Origin: Schmidtea nova
Taxonomy: Eukaryota
Reading direction: 5' to 3'
NCBI GenBank assembly: GCA_044892505.1
Contig: CM097884.1
Span: forward strand, 20,398,001-20,462,000
Length of the DNA stretch: 64,000 nucleotides
Made by a program: the position numbers and the translations under genes. The notes under the pieces are model-generated. The model did not search any database, was not told the DNA's origin, and saw nothing but the letters and a program-made list of their open reading frames with translations. Positions 47,439-61,763 of the stretch are shown one piece after another (position 1 is the stretch's first letter; each line of letters opens with the position of its first letter).

Positions 47439-48785
47439 CTGTAAAGATTTAATTTAAATTTTAATGTGTTTTTTGAAAATTATTTAAAAATTTATAAAGT
47501 GTATTAATATGGTTTTTGGTTTAGTTAAAAAAACGTTTTTTTATAAATACGACAATCTGAATTTTAGTTGACACAAGTGACTTTTTGAATGAATTTGTCA
47601 ACAGAACGAAGTGCATTTTTGACACAAAGATTTGCTTTTTCAGAGTAATCTGTTTATTTACGGTAGGAAAATTTGTTGATCGAAATTTTTTAGATCGCTA
47701 TTTGAGCTAGCGAAAAATATCACAAAATATTCTAACATAATTTCAGTTGAAATAAAATGAAATAATTTAATTGGTGAATAATAGCAATATTCACTCGACA
47801 CACAATTCAAATTTAATTAATGCATTTCTAATACTGGAAACTCGTAATAAAAATTAATAAACACACGTCATGTCGTGAATATGTTACACATTACAGGAAA
47901 TAAAAATTTTAATATTTTGTTGAATATTTTAAAGTTTTTATTATGACTATTAACTTACATATTTAATTAGCAAATTTTTTATGGTAAGACTTAGATATTT
48001 TGAGACACCTAAAATTATAATCATAATTTTAGAAGATCATTTAAAAAATCATTATAAATTAATAATGTCTAACTTAATAATTAATAAAAATAAATAAATG
48101 ATTAACTTAATGCATTTAAAAGGGCTAAACTTACTTATTATGATACACAAAAAGTATTTAATTTATAAAAGGTACTTTACTTCTAAAATGTTTTTAGTTA
48201 CCCTCTAATAAATAAGTCTTACCTTTTTTATTCATCCACTATCACTCTTATCAAAAATATTTTATCTTTATTTTCTTTGTTTACGATTAAACGACATATA
48301 AAGATTCATTATCATTTCTCCAATGACAATAAATCCACAATTGCTAGTCACATAGATAAAGGTTATTCCGAAAATGTGTGTTTGGATTTAATTTTAAATA
48401 TTGATTTATCGTTATTGGACAAAAGGAATATTGAAAACTATTTAAACAAAAAACATAATACATATGCATTAGGATTTAATAACTGGACCAATATCACATC
48501 TCCATAAAAATATTGTTTAATTTTTCAATTAAATAANNNNNNNNNNNNNNNNNNNNNNNNNNNNNNNNNNNNNNNNNNNNNNNNNNNNNNNNNNNNNNNN
48601 NNNNNNNNNNNNNNNNNNNNNNNNNNNNNNNNNNNNNNNNNNNNNNNNNNNNNNNNNNNNNNNNNNNNNNNNNNNNNNNNNNNNNNNNNNNNNNNNNNNN
48701 NNNNNNNNNNNNNNNNNNNNNNNNNNNNNNNNNNNNNNNNNCACTAATATAATTAACAACAAACGCCAATCCAAATATATATTTT

Positions 48786-48826
48786 GCACAATATATTTCG
48801 AGAACTTAATTCTCTTCATCAGGTGC
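48786..48826 (-). ncRNA. Minimal type I hammerhead ribozyme
   Basis: GCAC-CUGAUGA-A-GAGAA/UUCUC-GAAA-UAUA-UU-GUGC. Confidence 0.85.
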
Positions 48827-49259
48827 TACCCAATCTTACATCGAAATATAAATCACATAAATCGATTTATTCGAACAAATTAGTATTAATTTTTAAAATA
48901 AAATATATATTTTAAATTCTATTATAGTCAAAAAATTTATATCGATTAAAAATTTTTAAATTTAAATAAATTAATCTTAAAAATATAATATTCTTTTATT
49001 TTTATACAAATAAATATTTTTTTAAGAATAGATTATAAATATTTTCATATTTATAAACAACAGAATGATTGAAAACGAAATCCATAATCCCCAATTGAAA
49101 ATGCTCTAGTACTCGAGTTTTAGAGCATTTTCAATTGGAGATTATGGATTTCGTTTTCAATCATTCTGTTGTTTATAAATATGAAAATATTTATAATATA
49201 TTCTTAAAAAAAATATTTATTTGTATAAAAATAAAAGAATATTATATTTTTAAGATTAA

Positions 49260-49501
49260 CCCTTAATGACCTGAATTAATTTTTTTTTAATTTTAAAATT
49301 TTTTTTTGGATAAATCTATTATTTTATTAATATTTAAGATTATTTTCTATATTATTTATCAAAATTTAATCTATGTTACGAGAAAATCCGTGTTGCCATA
49401 TGGCAACGCTAAGCAGTCATACTGCTATAAGGGTGTTAATTTTTATCATGGTTAGAGCTATTGCGCGGCGTTGCCATATGGCAACGCTAGGTTAATATGG
49501 G
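49260..49501. mobile_element. piggyBac-type MITE with two GTTGCCATATGGCAAC palindromes
   Basis: TTAA duplication; CCC...GGG ends; absent from the left arm of the fold-back. Confidence 0.8.
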
Positions 49502-49606
49502 TTAATTTATTTAAATTTAAAAATATATATTTTATTTTAAAAATTAATACTAATTTGTTCGAATAAATCGATTTATGTGATTTATATTTCGATGTAAGAT
49601 TTGGTA

Positions 49607-49647
49607 GCACCTGATGAAGAGAATTAAGTTCTCGAAATATATTGTGC
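49607..49647 (+). ncRNA. Minimal type I hammerhead ribozyme (mirror copy)
   Basis: Identical to the reverse complement of 48786-48826. Confidence 0.85.
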
Positions 49648-52600
49648 AAAATATATATTTNNNNNNNNNNNNNNNNNNNNNNNNNNNNNNNNNNNNNNNN
49701 NNNNNNNNNNNNNNNNNNNNNNNNNNNNNNNNNNNNNNNNNNNNNNNNNNNNNNNNNNNNNNNNNNNNNNNNNNNNNNNNNNNNNNNNNNNNNNNNNNNN
49801 NNNNNNNNNNNNNNNNNNNNNNNNNNNNNNNNNNNNNNNNNNNNNNNNNNNNNNNNNNNNNNAGTATATATAAGAAATAACTGAAGATCCCAATAGGATC
49901 TCTTTTAAAACTTGTAACGAGATAGCTGGGGGTATTTGCATATAAATACGAATTCCTCTCTCTCTATGTGTGTGTTTGTATTACAATGTTTAAATGAAAA
50001 ATAATTTTATTAAATAAAAACAAATCAAAATACTTTTTTATGGACGTGATTAAGAAGTTTATTGACATCAGATTATTCATTATATTATTTCATTTTTATT
50101 TTCTGTATTTAATATTTTTCAATGACTTTATTTTATTTTGATGTCTAAAGTAAAAGTTTTACGATAAATATTTTGTCTTTTTCCTTTTCCTTTGACGGGG
50201 ACAAATAAACCAAAAAATTAAAGCCTCAAAATTAACGAACATACAATAATGATATAATTAAGTGGCCGATATTCCTAATGTTTAGAATTTTACTCTCTTA
50301 CCTTTATTAACATATTGATCCTTATCATCATTTTTAGATTGAATTTCAGATTTTTTATTAAACCTCGAGATTCTTTAAAAAAAACTCTTTCAAACTCTTG
50401 TATTTTCCAGGTTCAGTTTCGATGCCTTACTAATTCCCCCTTGAATAATATTGCTTCCTTTTAGATAATGACAATTTGTTTCAGAATTTACTCAATACAT
50501 CTATGTCCTAATAACAGTCTTTTTTGCAACTTTTGTTATTGTTGTTGTTATTTTGCACTTGTATATTCATATTTTTAGATTATTAAGTGTTGTAAACATA
50601 TAGTTGAATGTATATTGACAACGCAAATGAAACATTTTAACCAATATCATACATTTTGCTATTTTTGATAGTATTTAATGATTAATAACTGTATAATTCA
50701 TGCCTATTTCCCTGAAATCAGTCTAGTGACGTGGATCTGAATAAATAAAAGTCATCCGAAATGAATTTTTAAGAGGGTTAACAAATTTTGGCTTTGACCC
50801 ATTTAAAAATAAGAAATATAAATATCTAAGTGACAAATTGCAAATTAAATAGAGTTCTTTTATTTTCATTTTGTTTTTGATTTAAAAAAACCAAAATCGA
50901 AAAAAATGAAAGGTGACAAAAATTAGAGATTTTAATGATAATTCAAATCAAACAGGGAAGTACTGAGACAAATTAAACATTCTGGGTATTTCTAAATTAG
51001 AAATTATATATTGTTATAATCGACAGTGCATTGGAAATAAACTATTCAAAAATAATGTCATTTTTTAACAGACAGGATAGAATGGTTAATTTTTTTTGTC
51101 ATATTTTATAGACACAGGATAGGAAAGGGTTAACTACTACAAATGCCAAAAGAAAACATTATTAAAAAAATTTAATAATGTTAAAAAATATTAAAAAATA
51201 TTATAAAAAATATAAAAATTTAATTATTGACTAAGATTATTTACAATCTATTTTAATAAATAATTTTCGATTTATTTAAAATTAAATTTTATTATCTATA
51301 GAAATTTAAATAAAGAAACAAAATCTGAAAATTTTTGCGCAAATTTTGAATAAATTTAAAAATTAATGTCTATTAAATCAATGTCATCACAAATGAAATG
51401 AATTGCGTGCTCACAATTAGACAAGGTTACCATTCTGACTAGATTGGTCAACATTTTATACTAGATTCTAAATAAACAAAATATAGTTTTAAATAATCAA
51501 TACCAAACAATCAACTAATTTAGGTTATTTTGAAAAAAAGACATTTTAAATGAAATTTTGACGATCAATGTTTGAAAATTTGCTGTAAAATTAAAAACTA
51601 ATCTTTTCTTGTCAAATTACATTTATTAAAAAAGGGTGTTCATTTTGCTATAAGGCGATATAAAGTAATATATCACAAACAATACATAAAACATAACAAT
51701 TATTCTAATAATATATATATATATATATATGTGTGTGTGTTTTCAAAAAATCCAATATTTGTTATTTCGATTTTTACATGTTAGGGAATGTTTTGAATTT
51801 ATTTTTTAATAGTAAAGTGATAAAATCAAAATTTCTTATTAAAAATGTAAATAATTGTCGTCGGGAGCTAACCTCACAGCAAGCTAATAATTGAAAAATA
51901 ATTGAATATTGTTCAAAATTGTATTGAATATGACAAAGTATGTTATAGAATTTGGATTTGGATTTGAAATTGGATTGAAATATTTGATGGCATAGAAATT
52001 TGAATTGTTGGACAAATTGGCCTGGTTGAAAGTCGTTTTTACTGTTGCTGCTGGTATTAATAAAGAAAGCCTCGTATTTTAATATATTTATTTAAATACA
52101 AATTTGAAAAACTCATTCTTTTTCTTTTTGTTATTTACACAAAATTAAAATTTTTAATTTAAATCTGAGGCACTACAATAATGAAGGATTCTGGACTAAA
52201 AAAATATGTAGTTATTTGTATGATTGCTAAATTAAAATGGTTCAAATCATATTTTCATAAATGTTAATAAAAATAAAAATAATAATTATCATTATATTTT
52301 GTTATCATTTTATAAAATAACATCATACTTCTATGCCCAATATTTTAAATAATTTTTAATAGTTTTATCATTAACGAAAATTTGTCACGCATTTTTGAGT
52401 AATAAACAACTTGCTTTCAATTTATACGATAGCCAATAAGAACGCACACAGATTAATGTAGAATTTATTTGCTGACTATTTTAAGACGCTGATGTTGATA
52501 AAGATGACATCATTAAAATAACAAAAAAATACAAAAACTAAAACTCGAATTTGACAAAAAAAGAAAACACCATTATTATTTTACATAATTTTTGTTTTAT

Positions 52601-52920
52601 TTATTAATGTATTGTTAGATGAAAATAAATTAAAGATTTATTTTGTGATAACCACAAAAATGTACTGGTGTGTTGTCAGTTAATTAAAAATTGAAAAAAA
52701 TCTAATATATTGCAATAGTGAAAATGAAATAAAAACGTGATTGGTAGCATAATTAAATAATTGACTTTAATTCTAGAAACTAACTTTAATTGAAATTTGC
52801 AAAATCAATTAAGAAATAAACTATTTTTAACAGATAATATTCACTTTATTCCATTTTGCACATTTTCCTCTTGTATGAATCACGAAAGGAGGTTTCAAAA
52901 AACATTGGCAAAATAATCAA

Positions 52921-53560
52921 CTAAGGTAATGGTGTAGAACATGCAGCTGAACTTTTAATTTTCTCAGCATTTAATTTTATTCTTCTTATGCTTGATTCAT
53001 TTATATTATGTCTCCTAGCTAATACAGATAATTTTTCGCCATTTTCTATTGCCTTAACAATGGCTAATTTTACCTCCAATGTTAAAATTTTTCTTTTTCT
53101 AGCCACGTTCAGTTTATGGGATTTAATACAACTGTAAAAAAATATGATTTAACATAATATTTTAAACAACAAAAAATTTTACTTTAAAAAAACTGTTATA
53201 TAGTCAAATAAAACAAGAGAAGTTGGTGTAACATTCACTTTAATATAAATCGCACTAAAATAGAAAAACTTTTCCTATCTTTAACGGGTAACTCCAACAA
53301 TGTATTACGTAAAATTATTAAAAAATTAAAGTAAATTATTCACACTTTAACACGTCTTTACATGAAGTTTCGAAAACAAATTACAAGTTACATCACACAA
53401 TTTAAGGGGATTCACTAAATTTTATGTGTATATTGTACGAAAAAAGAGAAATGGAGAAATATGTACGCGCTGCTGCGAAACGCTTACCGCGAAATGCGAA
53501 ATTTTAGTGGTAAAAACAAAATCGCGCAACTCCGAAAACGCACAGTTCGAGGGATTATTG
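52921..53560 (-). mobile_element. 5' fragment of a Tigger/pogo element (CENP-B-type HTH)
   Basis: RKRKILTLEVKLAIVKAIENGEKLSVLARRHNINESSIRRIK; TA|CAATAATCCCTCG terminus at 53560. Confidence 0.75.
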
Positions 53561-55499
53561 TATTTGTAAAATGTAACATCAAATTAAAATTTATTTAGTG
53601 CTAAATAATAGAACAATTTCTACATTGACCGCAAAAAATCGATCCAATATTTTTTTATTTATTAGCGATACATTATGGCTCCACCGTCAGGGAATCGATT
53701 GCACAGCCCTCTTGCTACGTGGTAGCAATCGCAATTAATACACCGTCGAACGTTCTAGTATTAGAGCATATTAATATTGACTGAAATAAACTTTAGATTT
53801 AGAAAAATAGGTTGATAATAAATTTATAATATTAGTAATGAAAATATGCTTTTCTTAGCGAATTAGAAACTTTTAAGCAAAATGAACAAACAGCTGAAAC
53901 AGGGGTTAGGGCGTGATTTTAAAAAAATGGTATAAAAATTTACTCTCACAAAATTATGATCTCTATTTAAAAAAGTTCAAAATTAAAACTTCATTTTAGA
54001 TTTTCCATTTTCTGTAATTTTCTCTGAAAAATTAAATTTAAGAATAATTATACTTTTAATAATTATTCTTAATATTAATAATAATAATAAATAATAATAA
54101 TAAATACTAATAATAATAATAAATAATAATAATAATAATAAAATAATATTTTTATTATTTTGATATTAGCAGAGTTTATGAAAATATAGTAATAAGGTGT
54201 TAAACATTTTCCGCAATGTTTATTTCTATGAAATATTTCGACTTTAAAAAATCTTAATCACTTCAATACAAAATTCTTTCCAATTGACTTCTTACATCTT
54301 GGTGAATATTTGCTTTCTCCCGATAATATTGTCAATAATATTCTAATATTTCATTGATTATTTGAAATATTTTTTATTATCAAAAAGTCTTCATTATTTA
54401 CACAAATTAATTTTATTAATAATAAAAATGCCGAACAAAATCAGAGATGTTACAGAATAAAATTACAAAGGTCGCTGAGATAAAATGTTTAGAAAAAAAT
54501 TAAAATGGCAAAGATTCGCAAATATTTAGCTTAATCAAAATTAATTTGCATCTTAGATCTTTGGTTTAAAAAAATTCTATAATAAAATTCTATAATTTTT
54601 GATTATCCTAATGCCACAGCAGTACTTGAAAGCCGTTTTCTTTTGGAGAAATATTCAGATATCCTATTTTTTATTTCCGTAGAAGCAAAATGCCCCCAGC
54701 AATGATAAGAGAAAAAAAAGCTAGGCATAGAAAGCCAAACTAGAACAGAGAAGCTATTGTTTAATATTTTTTCTAAAGAATTTTTTGCGAAATATGGACT
54801 GCGAAATGTAAGTGCCTATTTTTGATGTCGACCATTCATTGTACTAAATCAAGCTGAGAAATTCAAATAAAAATAATTTATTTTTAGTATTTTGTCTCGC
54901 ATATTGAAGCCAATGTGCTGCTTCAATTTCAAGTACTGAATTTCAAAATTACATTGTTAAAAAACATTAACAGAAACATCTCATAGAACCTCTAGTAGTT
55001 AAACTCGTAATGCCAACCTACACGAAATAAGCATTTATAGTGCATGAGTGGCGATTACGCTCCTTATAATATATAATTCATATTCGTTAATGCGAGAATA
55101 TACAATTAACCATGTAGAAATTATTCTAAATTCAACTATTTTTAATTCAATTAATCACTTATCTGTTATTCTAAGTTAGTGTTTCTCAAACTTTTTTCTG
55201 TCTATGGAACTCTAAAATTCCAATTTTTCCCCCCAGAATCCAATTCAATGTCAAAAATGTCAAAAGATTAAATAATGTTAATAAACTTATTGTTGGGGTT
55301 AGGTTGAAATGGTGCAAATAAAATGAGAGTGCCCCGGGGATTGAAGGAAAATCAGTAAAAAGGCTGAAAAGCGTTAAATTCACAATTAATAAATAAGTAC
55401 AAAAAAATTAATTAAAAATTTGAAAAATTAAAAATGAAGATTTAACGGGGGAAATTGATATTTACGGATGTCAAATGGAGTTACGAGTACAAATATGAT

Positions 55500-56130
55500 A
55501 AAAAAGTCAATATGGGGTCCCCAGAAAAAGATATTCAGTAAATATAAATTAATTAAAAATTAATGAATAATTTATTAGTTCTGTAGAAAACCCTAGTCAA
55601 GGAGAAGCCCGAGTTAATGGGAGATCCGGCATATAGGAGAGCCCGAGCAAAGGGAAACCCGAGAGGAAATCGAATTACCAAAAGCGGGGATCAAAAAATT
55701 CAAATTAGAACAAATTATAATTAATAAAATTCCAATTACGGAAAGTCATAATCGAATTTGACCACAAGTTTGGAAAACATAACCAATTTTTTTGACAAAT
55801 TGGTAAACTATGAAAGCGGCAAGAAAAATAGCAAATTGTCAGTTGGTTGAAGAAAGATTTAAAGAATTGAGTGAGGAGCTAAAAGTCAAAAGGAAGCTGA
55901 AAACGGTAATTGAAAGTTATAAAGTATCAATTTATCAATTTTCCTGCGTACCAGAAAGGGAGATCTCCCATTGGGTTTTCTACCCTAACGCAGAGTGCAG
56001 ATAATAGAATAACGTTTGTGATTGAATGGGGAAATAAAAATTTATTGTGTTGGGTCTAATTTATTTTTGTGAAAGAAAGAACACAGGAGTCAGATACTAG
56101 CTGACTATTCATTAATAACCCAACATTATT
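55500..56130 (+). repeat. Unclassified dispersed repeat, subfamily B
   Basis: Reverse homologue of about 5480-6040. Confidence 0.65.
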
Positions 56131-59100
56131 ATAAAACTTTTCGTGATTTTATAAATTTAGAACGAACTTAAAACACTTCAGCACAACTAGCACGTTCGTT
56201 ACGATTTATTTTATGAAACATATCTGAACGCAAAATTGACAAAAAATTAAACAAAAACGGAAAATATCAGCTCGCAAGACTTAAAAACTGTCAATTACTG
56301 GTGTCAGAGTTCATAATCCCATGGAGTCCCATTTGGGAATAACTGAAATATGTAATCGGACTCCGCGGAACCCCATTTGTGTTCAAGTGTTATCAGCTAT
56401 TACAGTGGCACATTATACACAGCATGGTCGGTCTATGACGAAAAATTGAAACAGAAAATATATTAAAATGCCAAACGATGCGTGACAATATCCAAAGAAA
56501 ATATAGATTTTTTTGATCTATAAAAAATGTTAAAATTCCTATTCAATTGTAAAAAAAAATAATGATGACCTGAAATTATAAATTGACATGAAAATTGTAA
56601 TCCAAGTGTGGCACTGACAAAAAATAACCATTAGAAATGCAATATAAAAATTAAAGTTATTGAAATTTGTTTCACCGCACATCAACTTGTGATTTGAAAT
56701 AAATTTGGGAAATTTTTAATGTCTCTAATCTGACAGGAGAATCCAAAGTGAACTTTATTTTTAAGGATTTAGTTTGTTAAATATAAGCATATATTTACGA
56801 TAGGAAGTAATGCTATGCATTCTGAAAAGGAAAATAAGAATTTATTTAGCACTAAACATACCAGAACGATTAAAAGACCGCTTTTTAGACTTTATTTAAA
56901 AATTTTAAATTCAATGTTTTCGCTTTTACTCAACTTTTTAATGACAACTTTTTTATGATAATATATATGTATTTAATTTTTCAACACCTATCTCTCTTTT
57001 TCTTTCGTTTATGTTGATAATCTTCTGCACTCTACGTTATCTACCGTGAGCAGTCTTTTATTATATAAAAAATATCCGTAGGTTTAGTATTCATTTTACA
57101 GCACATTTCTGAAGAATATTGTTGAATATCTTTCTTTTCTATTGAGGCTGTTAATAATTTCCTTTCTCTTGAAATATTTTAAAATATATTTTTATTAGTT
57201 ATTTTTTAATTGTTATTTAATTCCTGATAGTAAATTTCTAATACATTTCTGATACAGATTTCGAGCATTAAACAAATAAGATGATTAGAGCTAAAATTAC
57301 TGGTTTTATTCTATATTTTATACATTGTCCTGGCAAGCGTAATTATTTTCAAATTTTTTGATTTTATTGGTTAAATCAGTGATTTTCAACCTTTTATGTT
57401 ACTTAAATCCATTTTAAATCAATAAACGTTTTTCGCACCCTCTCAAAAAAAATAAAAAACAATAAATCCCAATTTTATTTCGATATTAATTAAAAATGTT
57501 TACTGAAACAGTCCAGTCTGAAGAAAAAGGAGACCCTTATTCATGTTTTTGTAATACGTAGCTCTATGACCAATAAGAAGACAATTCTTTAACATAAAAA
57601 CTTAAATTTTAACTATTATATAGTATTAAAGGATGAAAAGAATGACTGATTTCAAATGAAAATTTTTTTTATTTTGTAATAATATGGTGTATATTTTTAT
57701 AATAGAATATTGTTTTTATACTTGTAAAAATAATTTATTTGTATATTTATTCAAATGTAAGTGCTATAACAAGCGACTATTTAATTTTTAATCTAGAAGT
57801 AGCACAACAATGGCATTTCTGTAATATTTCCCAACAGAAGTAATTTAACCATTAATAATTGCACAGCTGATTGGCAAAATTGAAATTGTTTCCCAAAATT
57901 ATGTTTTATTGGAAATTGGCTAAATAGGAAATTTATCGACAAAACTAATTTATTTATGGTGACTATAATAATGCATTGTGAAAGGGGCAATTTTACAATT
58001 TCTAACGTAAAATTTCAAGCACAAAATTTTCAAAATTAATTAAAAAATATCGGTAGTTCATTTATTTTGTTTAACTACTTTTTTCAGTGAAATGTTAATT
58101 AAATCTATCTTTATATTTAACAATATTTCATATAATATTTATTAATATAATATTTATATTTATATTTAATTTCTAGTTTCTATTATTNNNNNNNNNNNNN
58201 NNNNNNNNNNNNNNNNNNNNNNNNNNNNNNNNNNNNNNNNNNNNNNNNNNNNNNNNNNNNNNNNNNNNNNNNNNNNNNNNNNNNNNNNNNNNNNNNNNNN
58301 NNNNNNNNNNNNNNNNNNNNNNNNNNNNNNNNNNNNNNNNNNNNNNNNNNNNNNNNNNTTTAACCATAGAGTTTTACATATGTTTGATATGCTCGGCATA
58401 TTCAAGTCTTTTACGTACAATATGTACTTCATATTTTTCCAAAATTATTTGGAATTATCTCCGGAGTCAGCATATGATAAAAATAAATTTGGATCGTAAA
58501 CGTGTAAAAAAACAATTACAAAAAGCATAAAATTGTAATATATTGCAAAAAGATAATAACAAAAGATTCCTATTAAAAATCAGAAACCGTACTCACCACT
58601 GTCACGAGGAATGGGAGTTACTGATACACTTAAAACTTTTGTTTTATTATTCGAAGCAAGTTTCTGAGTAACCCAAATAGGTATTTTCCGGTTATGTCGA
58701 CTTCATCAAAAAATGAACAATTTCAATTTTAAAAATATTTTAAACCAATTTAGGCAATAANNNNNNNNNNNNNNNNNNNNNNNNNNNNNNNNNNNNNNNN
58801 NNNNNNNNNNNNNNNNNNNNNNNNNNNNNNNNNNNNNNNNNNNNNNNNNNNNNNNNNNNNNNNNNNNNNNNNNNNNNNNNNNNNNNNNNNNNNNNNNNNN
58901 NNNNNNNNNNNNNNNNNNNNNNNTAACTTACAATTTCTGTTTGTTTTCTTGTCAAACTTTGGATCAATTTTTAACCCACTTCCCGATATCCAATCGATCT
59001 GAAAATTTGCGAGCAGACTCGTGGTGGCCCACAAATTATTCCATTGAAAAATTGAAAAATTTTGAAACAATGTGATTTTTCAATTTACTGTTGCCAAGAA

Positions 59101-61510
59101 ACTACCAAACAATGAAACAACAATAAAATTAACCGAGAACATGAGAAAAAGAAAGAGTTACATTAAAAACTTGTTNNNNNNNNNNNNNNNNNNNNNNNNN
59201 NNNNNNNNNNNNNNNNNNNNNNNNNNNNNNNNNNNNNNNNNNNNNNNNNNNNNNNNNNNNNNNNNNNNNNNNNNNNNNNNNNNNNNNNNNNNNNNNNNNN
59301 NNNNNNAACATTTATTAAATTAAATTAAATAAAATACTACAAGAATAGTATTTTATTAGTGTCTGATTAAATTTGATTAATTTTGGAATTTNNNNNNNNN
59401 NNNNNNNNNNNNNNNNNNNNNNNNNNNNNNNNNNNNNNNNNNNNNNNNNNNNNNNNNNNNNNNNNNNNNNNNNNNNNNNNNNNNNNNNNNNNNNNNNNNN
59501 NNNNNNNNNNNNNNNNNNNNNNTTGCCTAAATTGGATTAAAAAGATTTTTAAAATTGAAATTGATCATTTTTTGATGAAGTCGGGATAACTGGAAAGTAC
59601 CCCAAATATTTCTACAAATGTATTTGTTTGTTATTGACTAAAATTCATTACAAATGTATATCTCCAACATACCAGTAGCATAGATAGTCACAGTATGAAT
59701 AGATAAGATCAATGCTCACAATTCGCCAAAATAGCAAAAATAAATTTTCAAAATGTTTTATATCAATAGAAATTTACCAGCAAAATGAAGCGTATAATAA
59801 ATTATTTGAAAATATAAAAGGAAAATATCAAAAAAATTACATTATTTAAAATAGTTTATTTCAACCATTTCCGTTGGCGGTACTTTATTAGTACCGTCAA
59901 ATTATATTATTTTCTGCTGGTCAAAAAACACTTCAGAGAGATTATATCGAAGATTCATGTTAAATAAATAAAAATTATCTTTAATTTTTAAGTCGACCAA
60001 TAAGCTATGAACTCTTCCTCACTCAAAAAATAAATAAGAAATAACAGAAAATCTTCAAATATTTTTGGCTTCGTACCCAAATCTTTGATGGTAGATTTTC
60101 CACGCATTTTCAAATAAATTTTTAAATAAATATACATGTATTTTTAAATTAGTTATATTTATAAAAATATAAAAATAAAATTTAATTAGAAAATGTTATA
60201 AAAATTTGCTCTAAGTCAAAAATACTTTTAAATCTGAATGATCATTTATTAGTATAAATTATTTTTACAAATTAATCGTGCATATCACTTTGAAGACCAT
60301 TGCTCTACGGTATATATTTAGCCTATATTTCCTACTTATATGTTCTTATTATTTTAACCAAATTGCTCTCACAATTAAAGTTTATTATTAATGGGTAGGG
60401 TTAAAATTTTTATTGTTTGTAGTATTATGTTCATTTTGATAATAATATTGTATTTATTGTTGAGTAAAATTCTGACAATTAATGCAAATAAAATGTATTG
60501 TTGATATTGCATAATAGCAATGCATTCAATATTAATATGAATAATAAATATCCATTTTTGAATTCGATCAAATTTTACGAAAAAAATAGCTTTTTCTTTG
60601 AATAGCAATTATTTACACCTTTCTTGCACTTTATTTTTTTTCAATTTAAACTCAAAATATCACAAGATAAAATTATAATTATAATCATTCTTATCATTTT
60701 GGTCGCTGTTACAAAAAATTTTAAATCAATAAATAGTGTGAAATGTATAATTTTGTTTCTTGAATGCGATTACTTTAATATTTTTAATAAATTTTTGAGT
60801 TTAAATAAATAAATTTGAAAAAAATTGTATAAAATAAATTATTTTTACATAAATTTAAATTATTTAAGTTAAAAAGCACTTCAAATGCTTAAACAACNNN
60901 NNNNNNNNNNNNNNNNNNNNNNNNNNNNNNNNNNNNNNNNNNNNNNNNNNNNNNNNNNNNNNNNNNNNNNNNNNNNNNNNNNNNNNNNNNNNNNNNNNNN
61001 NNNNNNNNNNNNNNNNNNNNNNNNNNNNNNNNNNNNNNNNNNNNNNNNNNNNNNNNNNNNNNNNNNNNNNNNNNNNNNNNNNNNNNNNNNNNNNNNNNNN
61101 NNNNNNNNNNNNNNNNNNNNNNNNNNNNNNNNNNNNNNNNNNNNNNNNNNNNNNNNNNNNNNNNNNNNNNNNNNNNNNNNNNNNNNNNNNNNNNNNNNNN
61201 NNNNNNNNNNNNNNNNNNNNNNNNNNNNNNNNNNNNNNNNNNNNNNNNNNNNNNNNNNNNNNNNNNNNNNNNNNNNNNNNNNNNNNNNNNNNNNNNNNNN
61301 NNNNNNNNNNNNNNNNNNNNNNNNNNNNNNNNNNNNNNNNNNNNNNNNNNNNNNNNNNNNNNNNNNNNNNNNNNNNNNNNNNNNNNNNNNNNNNNNNNNN
61401 NNNNNNNNNNNNNNNNNNNNNNNNNNNNNNNNNNNNNNNNNNNNNNNNNNNNNNNNNNNNNNNNNNNNNNNNNNNNNNNNNNNNNNNNNNNNNNNNNNNN
61501 NNNNNNNNNN

Positions 61511-61763
61511 TGGTTACTGCTGCTATAAACAAGGAAAGAGTCACTGACGGACCAGCGATATTAGATGAAACCTGCCCCACTACCACATAAATACCAGCTC
61601 CTAAAATGCTCCCAATTCCGAGATTTGTCAAATCAAAGGTAGTTAAACATTTTGATAAATCACTAGTAGAAGATTCTCTGTTTAAATTTGTGATATGTTT
61701 TCTTCGAAATAACGTATATCGTAGATTACCAATTGAACTTGAACAGTCTTTCCAACAAGTCAT
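61511..61763 (-). CDS. SLC7A14: SLC7A14/CAT-like exon 1 (3' end lost in an N gap)
   Basis: MTCWK..LFRRK..DLSKCLTTFDLTNLGIGSILGAGIYVVVGQVSSNIAGPSVTLSLFIAAV. Confidence 0.95.

Larger units (their letters stand above)
48773..49660. repeat. Fold-back (long inverted repeat) of a Penelope-like terminal region
   Basis: Arms meet around the loop at 49109-49120 with only about 3 mismatches seen; the right arm carries a MITE and runs into a gap. Confidence 0.9.

Noticed and set aside
53690-53760. Helitron 3' end (hairpin TTGCTAC/GTAGCAA followed by CTAG)
   Set aside because: The hairpin is about 25-30 nt from CTAG, and no 5' TC end or second copy was seen
55981-55992. CCCTAAC as a telomerase RNA template
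   Set aside because: Only a 7-mer inside a dispersed repeat; no supporting structure
55186-57420. Isolated hAT-like termini (TAGTGTTTCTCAAAC ~55175, CAGTTATTCCCAAA ~56345, CAGTGATTTTCAACC ~57377; also ~32123 and ~21610)
   Set aside because: I could not pair the ends or find 8-bp TSDs, so the boundaries are unsupported
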